64,000 nucleotides of DNA from Chiloscyllium plagiosum (Eukaryota). The first letter of the stretch is position 1. Each line of letters starts with the position of its first letter. Below, piece after piece: positions 49,313 to 59,934 of this stretch. The position numbers and the translations under genes were made by a program. Below the pieces are notes generated by a model that made no database searches, was not told the DNA's origin, and saw only the letters and a list, made by a program, of their open reading frames with translations. The stretch lies in assembly GCF_004010195.1 (NCBI RefSeq), contig NC_057735.1:3910151-3974150 (forward strand), given 5' to 3'.

Positions 49313-50348
49313 AATTGTTATCCCTCAGCAACTTCATAAATACAGATTACCTGATCATTGTCAGATTGGGAGCTTGCTGTGCACAAATTGACTGTTGTTT
49401 CTGACATTACAACAGTGACTGCACTTTTTGAAAGTATTGGTTGTAAAGAATTGAGATATCTAAAGTTGTGAAAAGTGCAGTGTAAATGCAAGCTTTTTTA
49501 AATACATGTACTTGCATATATATATATATCGTACCCTCAACACATTGCACTACTCTGCATTCCCACATGTATATAATTTGTAAAGTTTATAAGCCTTGAG
49601 GTCTTCGCTCCAGTATGGAAATTGGCAACGCATTTGCAATCTCTTAAATATTTAGGTTTGGGATCGTTGCCCATACCTTGTTACCTGTTTTTTAACTTGT
49701 ATCCAAAGGTTATAGGATTAGTCAAATGTAGATCCACTGTCTTAAATTTCTATCACAAAAGAACTACAACTTAATAATTACTTGTGAACAAGAAAATCTG
49801 TGGATTGTGCAGCGAAAATCAAGTTTGCAGGGCTATATAGCTCTTCTTGTTGGTGCTGTGTTGTTTCATGAGGTCAGAGACATTATTGTGAAAATTACCA
49901 GTTCTAGCTGGCATCCCAGAGCACCTTTGGAGGGAAGAGCAAGAGCTTCTAAAACAAGCTAAGCAGGAGAAATGGGATAGATCGAAGAATACAAGAGGAG
50001 GGGAGGAATAATGGGTCATGAATGGGAGAGGTCCAAAGGCAAAAGGGTGAGAGTTTCGCAACTACAGAATTGATTTCGTATTGCACGACATTTCTGATCA
50101 TATAATAAATAACTAATTTGTGTGCAAGTTGGTCATTGCACATAGGCATGGTGTGAGAAATTAGAAAAAGTAAACTTTTAACCTTAATGCTCTTTGACAC
50201 CTGAAATTACGCTTCTTCCTGTTTGAAAAAAAATTCTGCTGTCCCCAAATTTGTAAAATCTGTTGTACTCATTTATATTATCTATCTTTTGTTCTTCTTA
50301 ACAACTAATCAGTTTTTAAAAATCTTTTCCCATTTTTTTTTCCTTCAG

Positions 50349-50499
50349 TATTTACTAGAAATGAAAAGTTTAATTTTACCACCAGAACACATTCTGAAGC
50401 GGGGAGACAGTGAAGCAATAGCATATGCTTTCTTTCACCTTCAACACTGGAAGAGGGTAGAGGGGGCCCTTAACCTATTGCACTGTACGTGGGAAGGCA
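50349..50499 (+). CDS. ST7L: ST7/ST7L exon E (151 bp; [50 protein letters not shown])
   Basis: Long polypyrimidine tract, acceptor ttcag|TAT and donor GGCA|gtaagt. Phase 0 to 1. Follows a 31,896 bp intron. Confidence 0.95.
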
Positions 50500-51539
50500 G
50501 TAAGTATCCTTTTGCTGTTCATGTCAAAGCTCACTAACCTAATTCAAAGTGATTTTCGAGTGATCTTGTTTAATTGGATGGTCTGAACACTCTGAGTCTC
50601 ATGCTGTTTTTATAATGAAGATTAACAAGAATGTGAAGGGTTTCCCTGAGTTTTAGATCTCGAGCTGATGTGATTATTTCCTAGCATGTGATTCTTTATT
50701 GGGAGATTTGTTGAGAATAATCTTGGATCAAGGCTTCCGAGACCTTTATTTGGCCTAAAAGAAAGTATTGAGCAGCATTTTACTTTTCACACTGCTCTTG
50801 TTGGTTGTTTACATTTTAATGGCAATATTTATGAGGTTGCAGTTGATCTGAGGATTTGTATATGCTGTCTTTGAGCTAGGAATAAAAGCATAGATAAAAT
50901 CAACATAGAGTCTTCATAGAAATGTTTGGCCAATTATGCTTTTGCCAGTGGTCATTCCATGTTGAACGTTACTAATTTCAGCCCTGCTTTCCGTGTTGTA
51001 CTCTCAATCTCTAGTTTGCAAATCTAGTAGAATAACCATTAACCTACTGTTACCCAGAAGGTGATAGAATTGTCAAATACACTGGGAAATACATTGAGAT
51101 CCCACCCTGTCATTTAGCTGCTTCAAGAAGTACAAATAATATCCAGCGAAGTCTTTGCTAGGATTTGGGAGAGGAGCGGGTGAGGAATGTGTGAACCTCT
51201 TGTCCAGTGATTCTTGGTAATAAATCTTGGTTATAAGGATGAATGTATGGGTATTGTAATGTATTAGTTACATGACTGAATTAATAGGACTAATAATCTG
51301 GATGTTTTGAGTTCAAAACCTATTCCAGTCTGAGAATTTCAATTTTATTTATTTTCCATGCACAGGGTTTGATATGGTAAAAGTGACTGTGATTGATGTA
51401 AGACCCACATATATATATGATAACCAAGCTGTCTTCCTTAGTTAGACTTGCCTATATATGAATGTCGTTCGAAATTAGTGTGGTTGACACTTTGCTATCT
51501 GAAATTTTTAGAGTACATGCATAGGACCAGGATTTAAAA

Positions 51540-51760
51540 AGAAAGAACTCGAATTTATACAATGATTTTGGGCCTCAGCAGACTTTACAACAAATGAAGT
51601 AATTCAGAATTGCAGTGAAACATGTCCACTAATTTGCACACCAAAAGGTCCAAATGACAATAATGAGCAGATTAAACTGTTTCAGAGATGTTAATTTTAA
51701 CAAAACTACTGGCTGGCGCAACTTCCCTGCTTTTTTTCTTTTTGAATAGCATGAATCATT
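51540..51760 (-). mobile_element. DeuSINE fragment
   Basis: aagaaagaactcgaatttatac...ctaatttgcacac...acttccctgctttttt, the reverse complement of the DeuSINE tail. Confidence 0.5.
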
Positions 51761-53499
51761 GGAGGTGAAATTGGACGTCACACTACGTGTTTTCTCAGCC
51801 TGTGACGACTTATGTCATCAGATAGGAAGTGAATTTCAACAGAATCCTACTTTACTCAATGTTGAATGAACCCTCTTTTTAAGTGTGATCTGATGGCATT
51901 AGCAGGATGAAAAAACTGTGACAATACAATACTTAAAAGCTGGGTTCACAATCTCTCCAATTACTTAGCTCTCCCCTTTCTTCATTGCAAATAAATCATC
52001 GTAAACCAGTGTTGGTCATTCGGTCCCATCAGCACCTCAACATTCTTTTACCACTCTTCTTCACATAAACACACTCTGTTTCCTTCCTGTACACAAAGCC
52101 CAAGGGCACTGTAAACATGGGCCTCAGAAATTTGATTAAAGGCAGTTTCAGCTGGCTGGGTGATGGGAGGGTGCATAATTGTGTCTTGGAGGATGGTGAG
52201 TTGTTTTAGAATGCGAATTTCATTGCCGTTTATTCTCAATCTTAATGACTGGTAATCAGGCGCTGTAAAAGCTGGAGGGATTTCTTTAGGATAGATTAGG
52301 TTTATTGGGTGGTATTTAGTACATGCTACAGATGCATTTTGTCTGATGTGCATTTGTTGCCATTTTGTTATAATCGCATGTATTGACTGAAATAAATTTA
52401 TGTTCAGTGAATAAATTAGAAAGGTGTGTTTTGCATTCTGATTGATCTAAAACATAACCAAGCAATTGAGTCCAGATTTTTCCTCTACTGAGAAACCACT
52501 AAATACTTGCTCAGAGTAAAACCTGTTTCCATAAATATCGGTCATTGTAATCTGCAGATGATGCATTAGCTGGGTTTTATTTGGGATACAGAGACTTGGA
52601 AATTTAAAACAATTTCTTCAGTTTCTTTACAGTATATTCTGAACAGTGCAAAGTAGACTCTTAACAGATGTACAGAGAAAAGAAAGATAACTGAAAATAT
52701 GCAGCAAGTCAACCTGAAAGAAGAAGAAACTATTTTGACTGAGGAAACCTTTCTGTTTAATTTGTGTTCAACATTGGCTCCTTTTATCCAAGTGCCTCAA
52801 ACTTCTTGACCTTATTTTTAAAGCCCTCCAAGGTTTTGCCCTCCTCCAACCCACATAACCCCCCTCCCAACGTTTCCATTATTGGTAAGGAGTGTGTTCC
52901 AGGACTTGGGATTGATATCAGGTTCCCAGTGTGGACTGTGTGAGATTTTGAAGGGCATCTCGCCAGTGGCAGTATTCGCTTGTGTCTGCTGAGATTGTAG
53001 GATTGGAAGTCGCTAGTTGCATCTGGTTGTAGAACTGCTTAAGTTAATGTGTGAAAGGGGAGAAGTTTATGCTTACTCTGCACAGTTTGTACCCATTAGT
53101 TCAATTGTTCTGTTTATTAAGTGAGATCATTAGTGCTAGGGGTTTGTGTGCTTTTCCAATGTGGCACCTCAAACATTCCCAAGCAAGAACAGCTCGTGTT
53201 AACACCTGTCTGATGGAATTCAGAGAGGGTGGGGGAGGGGGGGGCATTCTTTGGCTATATCATTTGACTAAATTACATGGGTAATGTTAAATAAACTCAT
53301 CATTTGACAAGAAGAGGATAGGTTCTTCTGCCCTGGCTAAAACCATTCCTCAACAAATGTCCCCTAATAAACCAGATTGTGGGATCTTGCTGTTTGGAAA
53401 ATAACAACTTTGGAAGTAAGGTCATTGTTATGATGGTTTCTGTTGATGGGCCTACCTTGAATGAGCTGCCGAATGGTCCTTTAGGTATGAAGTAAAGGA

Positions 53500-54331
53500 A
53501 GCAGCTGAGGTCTGGGCAGTATATACATAGGTCACATAAAATTGGAGTAGACATAGAGAAGCTGCAAAACAATTTCGGGCAATGATAAAATTAACAAGAC
53601 TTATAATTGATTTTAACGTTGAGTTGAGATCCTGGAGAGTGTTGCCAAACAAAGTGACCTTGGGGTGCAGGTTCATAGTTCCTTGCAAGTGTAGTTGCAA
53701 GTAGACAGGAAGGTGAAGAAGGCATTTGGTACGCTTGCCTTTATTGGTCAGTGCATTTAACTTTTGGCATTGAGAGGTCATAGCACAGCTATACAGGACA
53801 TTGGTTAGGCTACTTTTGGAATACTGTGTTCTGTTCTGGTCTCCCTACTATAGGAAAGATGTGAAACTTGGAGGGGTTCAGAAAAGATTTACAAGGATGT
53901 TGCCAGGGTTGGAGCGTTTGAGCCATAGGGGGAGGCTGAACAGGCTGGGGCTATTTTCTCTGGAGCATCAGAAGCTGAGGGGTGACTTCATAGAAGTTTA
54001 TAAAATCATGAGGGGCATGGATAGGGTGAATGGACAAGGTTTTTTTTGTAGGGTAGGGAAATCTAAAACTAGAGGGTTTAAGAGGAGTGGGAAAAGATTT
54101 AAAAGGGACCAAAGGGGCAACTTTTTCACATAGAGGGTGGTGCGTACATGGAAGAACTGCCAAGGGAGGTACAGTTACAATATTTAAAATGCATCTGGAT
54201 GGATGGATGAATGAGAAGGGTTTAGAGGGATATGGTCCAAATGCTAGCAAATGGGACTAGATTAATTTAGGATACCTGATCGGCATGGATACCACAAAAG
54301 GTCTATGTCCATACTATACATCTCTATGACT
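53500..54331 (+). mobile_element. CR1 3' end
   Basis: ORF 53801-54133 reads LLEYCVLFWSPYYRKDVKL..FTRMLPG. Tail tctctatgact. Confidence 0.85.
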
Positions 54332-54580
54332 GTCCAATTTCATCCGGTTATGTAGATGCTATTCCTTCAGCACCTCAGACATATGTAGCACTTACAAAGC
54401 TTACATTGTCTGACGGTCAGTTATTTAAAGCGAGAACCATTTATTTTGTTATAATTGCTAGTACGTAGGATCTCACATAGAGAGAACCATTCACTGTGGA
54501 GACCTCTGCATTGCTGGAACATCTGTGGTTTATTACAGTGAATACCGTGTATCTTATCTGTGTTACTGTTCTCCTTTCAG

Positions 54581-54673
54581 CTTTTCGAATGATCCCCTAT
54601 CCCTTGGAGAAAGGTCATCTTTTCTATCCATATCCCAGCTGCACAGAAACAGCAGATCGAGAGTTACTACCAT
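54581..54673 (+). CDS. ST7L: ST7/ST7L exon F (93 bp; (T)[30 protein letters not shown])
   Basis: Acceptor ttctcctttcag|CT and donor CCAT|gtatgt. Phase 1 to 1. The next exon was not found in the window. Confidence 0.95.
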
Positions 54674-55087
54674 GTATGTTCCATGATCTAATCTTTTATA
54701 CCTTGATGACAAATGTTTCTTTTCTATTCCGTTAAATTAAACCTTGAATAAAGTTTGTAAAAAGTAACTGACATGCTTTCGTAGAAGGTGTTATGTTTCT
54801 ACTCCACCTGCTGTTACCTCCGCTTCTGCCCTTCATGCTTGTATAATCTCAAGGCTCAATTTATCAAATATTCCCCAGCTACTTCCACCTCTGCAAGCTG
54901 CTACTCATCCAGAATGCTCCAAACTTTTTTTTTCTCATCTCTGAAATGCCCAACTGTCCTATCACTCATCCCTCCCACTGCCACATGTGCAGAATGTGTA
55001 TGTAATCCTGGTCAGTGCTTCCAGTGTGATACTGAGTGAATGCTACACTGTTGAAGGTGCTAGCTTTTAAATTAAATGTTGAAGACT

Positions 55088-55186
55088 TTTTTTTCTTTCT
55101 TTCTTTCCCCCTTTCTCTCGCTTTCTTTCTTTCTTTCTTTCTTTCCTTTCTTTCTTTCTTTCTTTCTTTCTCTCTCTTCTTTCTTT
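55088..55186. repeat. (TTTC)n microsatellite
   Basis: Read directly. Abuts the assembly gap. Confidence 0.9.
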
Positions 55187-55486
55187 NNNNNNNNNNNNNN
55201 NNNNNNNNNNNNNNNNNNNNNNNNNNNNNNNNNNNNNNNNNNNNNNNNNNNNNNNNNNNNNNNNNNNNNNNNNNNNNNNNNNNNNNNNNNNNNNNNNNNN
55301 NNNNNNNNNNNNNNNNNNNNNNNNNNNNNNNNNNNNNNNNNNNNNNNNNNNNNNNNNNNNNNNNNNNNNNNNNNNNNNNNNNNNNNNNNNNNNNNNNNNN
55401 NNNNNNNNNNNNNNNNNNNNNNNNNNNNNNNNNNNNNNNNNNNNNNNNNNNNNNNNNNNNNNNNNNNNNNNNNNNNNNNNNNNNNN
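55187..55486. other. Assembly gap (300 N)
   Basis: Run of N. Confidence 1.
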
Positions 55487-56236
55487 TCTCTGTGTCCCTC
55501 TCTCTCTGTGTCCCTCTCTCCCTGTGTCCCTCTCTCTGTGTGTGTCCCTCACACTCTGTGTCCTTCGCTCTCTGTGGCCCCCTCTCTCTGTGTCCCCTCT
55601 CTCTCTCTGTGTCCCACTCTCTCTGTGTCCCTCTCTCTCTGTGTGCCCCTCACTCTCTCTGTGTCCCTCTCTCCCTGTGTCCCTCTCTCTCTCTCTGTCC
55701 CTCACTCTCTCTGTGTCTCGCTGTCTGTCTCTGTGTCTCACTCTCTCTGTGTGTCCCTCTCTCTCTTGTACCCCTCTCTCTGTGTTTTCCTCACTCTCTT
55801 TCTGTTCCTCTCTTCTCTGTGTCCCTCTCTCTCTCTGTGTCCCGCTCTCTGTGTCCCTCTCTCTCTGTGTGTCCCTCTCTCTCTCTGTGTGTCCCTCTCT
55901 CTCTGTGTGCCCCTCACTCTCTCTGTGTCCCTCTCTCCCTGTGTCCCTCTCTCTCTCTCTGTCCCTCACTCTCTCTGTGTCGCCTCTCTCTCTCGGTGTC
56001 CCTATCTCTCTGTCCCTCTCTCTCTCTGTCTCCCTCACTCTCTCTCTGTCCCTCTATCTCTCTGTCCCTCACTCTCTCTGTGTCCCGCTGTCTGTCTCTG
56101 TGTCTCACTCTCTCTCTGTGTTTCCCTCACTCACTCTCTCTGTCCCTCTCTTCTCTGTGTCCCCCCTCTCTCTGTCCTCCTCTCTCTCTGTCCCCTTCTC
56201 TCTCTCTGTTTAATTCTATCCTCTCTCTATCGCTCT

Positions 56237-56276
<40 letters not shown>

Positions 56277-56285
56277 TCTCTCTGC
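55487..56285. repeat. Compound CT/GT-rich minisatellite (TCTCTGTGTCCC-type units) ending in (CT)n
   Basis: About 800 bp of pyrimidine-rich degenerate repeats with higher-order duplicated blocks. Confidence 0.9.
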
Positions 56286-57844
56286 CTTTTTCAATCCAAT
56301 GGTGCTGGTTCTGAGAAAAAGCAGGAATGTTCACCATTCTTTCAAACGGCACCTTCCCCTTAACCAGCACCAAAAACTAAATGCAAATTAGCTGGTCCTT
56401 CATCTCTTGGTTATTTGTGGTATCTTGAGTGTCAAATTGACTGCTGTGTTTATTTGCCTAACATTAAAAACTACGCTTTTTGATAGTAATTAATTAGCTG
56501 CAGAGGAAATCTGTGGATATGAATAGAGTTCTGTAAGTGAAAGTTCTTTCTGTGTTTGTGAGTTGCACTTTTCTGATGATTTTTGTCCCCCAGTAACTCA
56601 TGAATAAATTCCTTGTCTCCTGAGTTGCATCACTGGCAGTCTGCATTGTTAAACATGGCATCCCTGTCCTCTGATACTTTATTATTTACTCCCCCCAGTT
56701 TTGCCACCTTTCTTTTTGCTTTTACAAGTCTTTTCCAGCTCAGTATTTGAGTCTTTGCTACAACCTTTCCACTCCAACCCCTGCCCCTCTGTTAGAGAGA
56801 GAGACACACTCACTCTACAATTTTGTAATATTGAAATATAAAATTGTTTTGATTAAAATTTAAAATTAGGATTATAGGCTCATAATTTCCTGAAGCAATG
56901 ACTGAAAGGCAAAGAAAAATGGTTTACTTTTGCAGGTTTTAGCTTTGAACTTTTCTCCTGTAATTAGGTCAAAAATGTGCAGACAATTCCCATTGAAAAT
57001 TCCTGGCATACTGCAGAGTAAAATGGTTCACAGTTTTACTGTTGTGCAAATAAATTTAAAATTACAATCAGTCAAGCTAAGTGATAATTTTAATCACTCA
57101 TTGAGTAAGGTAAGATTCAGGTGCCCTTCATAATACTTAAGTTATTTTAATGGCTTATTGTATTATTATGAAGCTTAAAATCTGTGCCTTATCAGTGTGG
57201 GAGCTTTGGTTCTGTGCTTCAGCTTGGAAAGGAATTGCTTCAGGGCACAGGTACAAATTCCAACAGAGACCAGGAGGCCTTGGTATTCAGTGTGCTGAAT
57301 TTGCTTAACTCTCCAGCTCGGCATACAAGGTTTCTATTTGGTTTTACTTGTACGCTGTAATCCTAGTTAAGGTCTGTTTTCCCTCTGTTTGTGTATGGTG
57401 GTTGGAAGAATGCATGTGTTTGTCTGTTGAAGCGGTTTGATGTGTCTGAGGGTGATCCTTGCAGGCATCTACAGAAGTGCATCATGGGATTGTGATTTAC
57501 CATTTCTGAGCAGTTGATGCTTCAGGAAGAAGTAAATTCCTACCTGAGACATTGGGTCAAACGGTCACTCGATTAAGATGATCTCATTGCTCAGATGAAG
57601 CACCCCAAGGGGGCTGATTGCTTTCGAAAAGAACCGCCCCAGCTCTTTACAGTTTAATTACTTCCATAAAGGAGCATTGCTTCTCAGCTTGTCAATTCTG
57701 CCCAGCCTGTGGGAATTGGGTCCGATTTACAGCTCTGCAGCAGTTTTGCCCAACTGGTCTCTACTGGTGTTTCTGCTCCATGCACAGCTCATCTCACCCT
57801 ACCTCACGTTTTACCATCAGCATGACACTCTACTCTTTCCTTAT

Positions 57845-58200
57845 GGGGGCAGATGGTGGTGTAGTTCCTATGTCACAATGAGTTAACACGAAGATCAGGT
57901 TAATGCTCTGGGGTCATGAGTTCAAATCCCACCACAGATGCTGATGAAAGTTCAAGTTAAGAAATAAAAGCTGGAATACAAAGGTAGTTTCAGTAAGGAT
58001 GACCGCAACAGCTATTATCAGTAATTGAGAGAACTTGTCTCATTCACTCACTGATGCCCTTTAGGGAGGGAAATCTTCTATCCTTACCTAATGTATCAAA
58101 GTGACAGCAGTGTGGTTAACTCTGAACTGTCATCTGAAATGGCCCAGTAAGCCCCTCAGTTCAAGGGCCGTTAGGGATGGATAATGCCCATGTCCCATGT
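57845..58200 (+). mobile_element. tRNA-head SINE with a CR1/L2-group tail (degenerate relatives at about 44600-44930 and 51255-51500)
   Basis: gagttcaaatcccacca B-box. The tail ttcaagggccgttagggatgg resembles the LINE end at 5640-5665. Confidence 0.6.
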
Positions 58201-58259
58201 AGAAGTTTTCAAGCCCCCCTTAAATGCATCCCTATCTGACTTGAGTATATCCATACGAA

Positions 58260-58615
58260 GCTGAAAATGTGTTGCTGGAAAAGTGCAGCAGGTCAGGCAG
58301 CATCCAAGGAGCAGGAGAATCGACGTTTTGGGCATGAGCCCTTCTTCAGGAATAAGGAAAGTGTGCCAAGCAGGTTAAGATAAAAGGTAGGTACTTGGGG
58401 GAGGGGCGTTGGAAATGCGATAGGTGGAAAGAGGTTAAGGTGAGGGTGATAGGCCGGAGTGGGGGTGGGGGCGGAGAGGTCGGTCAGGAAGAGGATTGCA
58501 GGTTAGGAAGGTGGTGCTGAGTTCGAGGGTTGGGACTGAACTCAGTCATAAGCTGGGTTCACAGCAACACATTTTCAGCTCTGATCTCCAGCATCTGCAG
58601 TCCTTACTTTCTCTG
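58260..58615 (-). mobile_element. PLE fragment with inverted pLTR end and filler DNA
   Basis: 13-bp TSD atatccatacgaa at 58247-58259 and 58616-58628. Confidence 0.85.
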
Positions 58616-58873
58616 ATATCCATACGAAACAGAGTTCCATATTTTAACCGCAGCCTGAGTGAAGAAAATTGGAAATGTGGCAGGCTACCACCCAGTTTAA
58701 AAAATACCAACAATTCTGGCAGCTGTATTGCTTCCTCCTCTTCTGTACACAATTACAGTCATAAGCTGGGTTGAAAATTGAAATTATAATGTAGATCACT
58801 TAATCCTGTTATTTTCAACATAAGAACAACACTTAAAAGAACTGAAAGGGAAGTGTCCAACCTTTTTTTTCAG

Positions 58874-59176
58874 TTAGATTAGATTCCCTACAGTGTGGAA
58901 ACAGGCCCTTCAGCCCAACAATTCCACACCGACCCTCCGAAGAGTAACCCATCCTTCTCCGACTATGTACCTATCACTATTTGCAATTTAGCATGGCCAA
59001 TTCACCTGACCTGCACATCTTTGGACTGTGGGAGGAAACCGGAGCACCCGGAGGAAACCCACGCAAACACTGGGACAATGTGCAAACTCCACACAGACAG
59101 TCACCTGAGGCTGGAATTGAACCTGGGACCCTGGTGCTGTGAGGCAGCGCTGCTAACCACTGAGCCACCATGCTGC
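58874..59176 (-). mobile_element. HE1-type SINE
   Basis: Same structure as 45912-46226, reverse complement. Confidence 0.9.
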
Positions 59177-59934
59177 TTTTAATTGAATGGATGGGGAAAT
59201 GACAGTAAAACATTCAGTTTCTTCTTGATGGATCTGAACACCACAGTCTTCTCTCTAAATTTTCCCAATTGCTTAGGATGATAGGATGCCCTATCACAGA
59301 ATGGGACCAGTTACGGTGCCTGTGTCTGCTCATTGAAGAGCTTGACCACTCGCTTTTTGAAAAAAAAACAAGTAAACTATTCAAGCTTGGGTTTTTGCTC
59401 TTCTCTCTTTTAAAAAAATCATCAGATCTCAATAACCTGGTAGAAGTCACTAAAGTTAAGACTGTGCTTGATAAGTTTGGCATTGAGGTGATCTTTCCAC
59501 TTCAAGGAGTTCAGAATTAGTAGTAGTAAATATAAAACAATGAGTAATAAATCAAACAGGGAATTTAAGAGCAATTCTTTATTTGAGGAATGGTGCGAAT
59601 GTGAAACTTGTTACCAGGTATAATTGTTCAGGTTAGTGCATTAAATGGAAAGCCCAATTCTACATGTTGGGCAAGTGAATAGAATAGGATGAGAGGAAGT
59701 AGAGTAGGAAAGAGTAGGTTCTGTATCGTAAATTCCAGATAATTAATCCATTTCCTTTTATTACCGCCACTGTTATTCTGACCAAGTTTATATTCATGCC
59801 AAAATAACTGTATTAAACAAAATATGCACGACCTTTGTTGATTTATCTTAAATTTATATGATATAGCTACTGACGAGAGGAAATTATCCCTATTCATCTT
59901 ATCAAAGCCCTTCATTATCGACCAATAGCACAAT

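Larger units (their letters stand above)
48665..49497 (+). mobile_element. DeuSINE split by a tandem PLE insertion
   Basis: gtattgagggagttctgcacagtc... before 48864. Resumes at 49313 with tatccctcagcaac...gcttgctgtgcacaaattg...taaatgcaagc. Confidence 0.7.

Noticed and set aside
50500-50537. Read-through of exon E ([12 protein letters not shown]) as an alternative C-terminus
   Set aside because: The donor gtaagt is strong and there is no transcript evidence. Short in-frame run-ons into introns are expected by chance.
55036-56391. Long ORFs of 229-451 aa (Leu/Ser/Cys-rich or Arg/Glu-rich)
   Set aside because: They are translations of microsatellite or minisatellite sequence and an N gap, not genes.
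58385-58500. G-rich tract, a possible G-quadruplex regulatory element
   Set aside because: It is the reverse complement of the C-rich PLE 3' region (compare 40160-40340), so it is not locus-specific.
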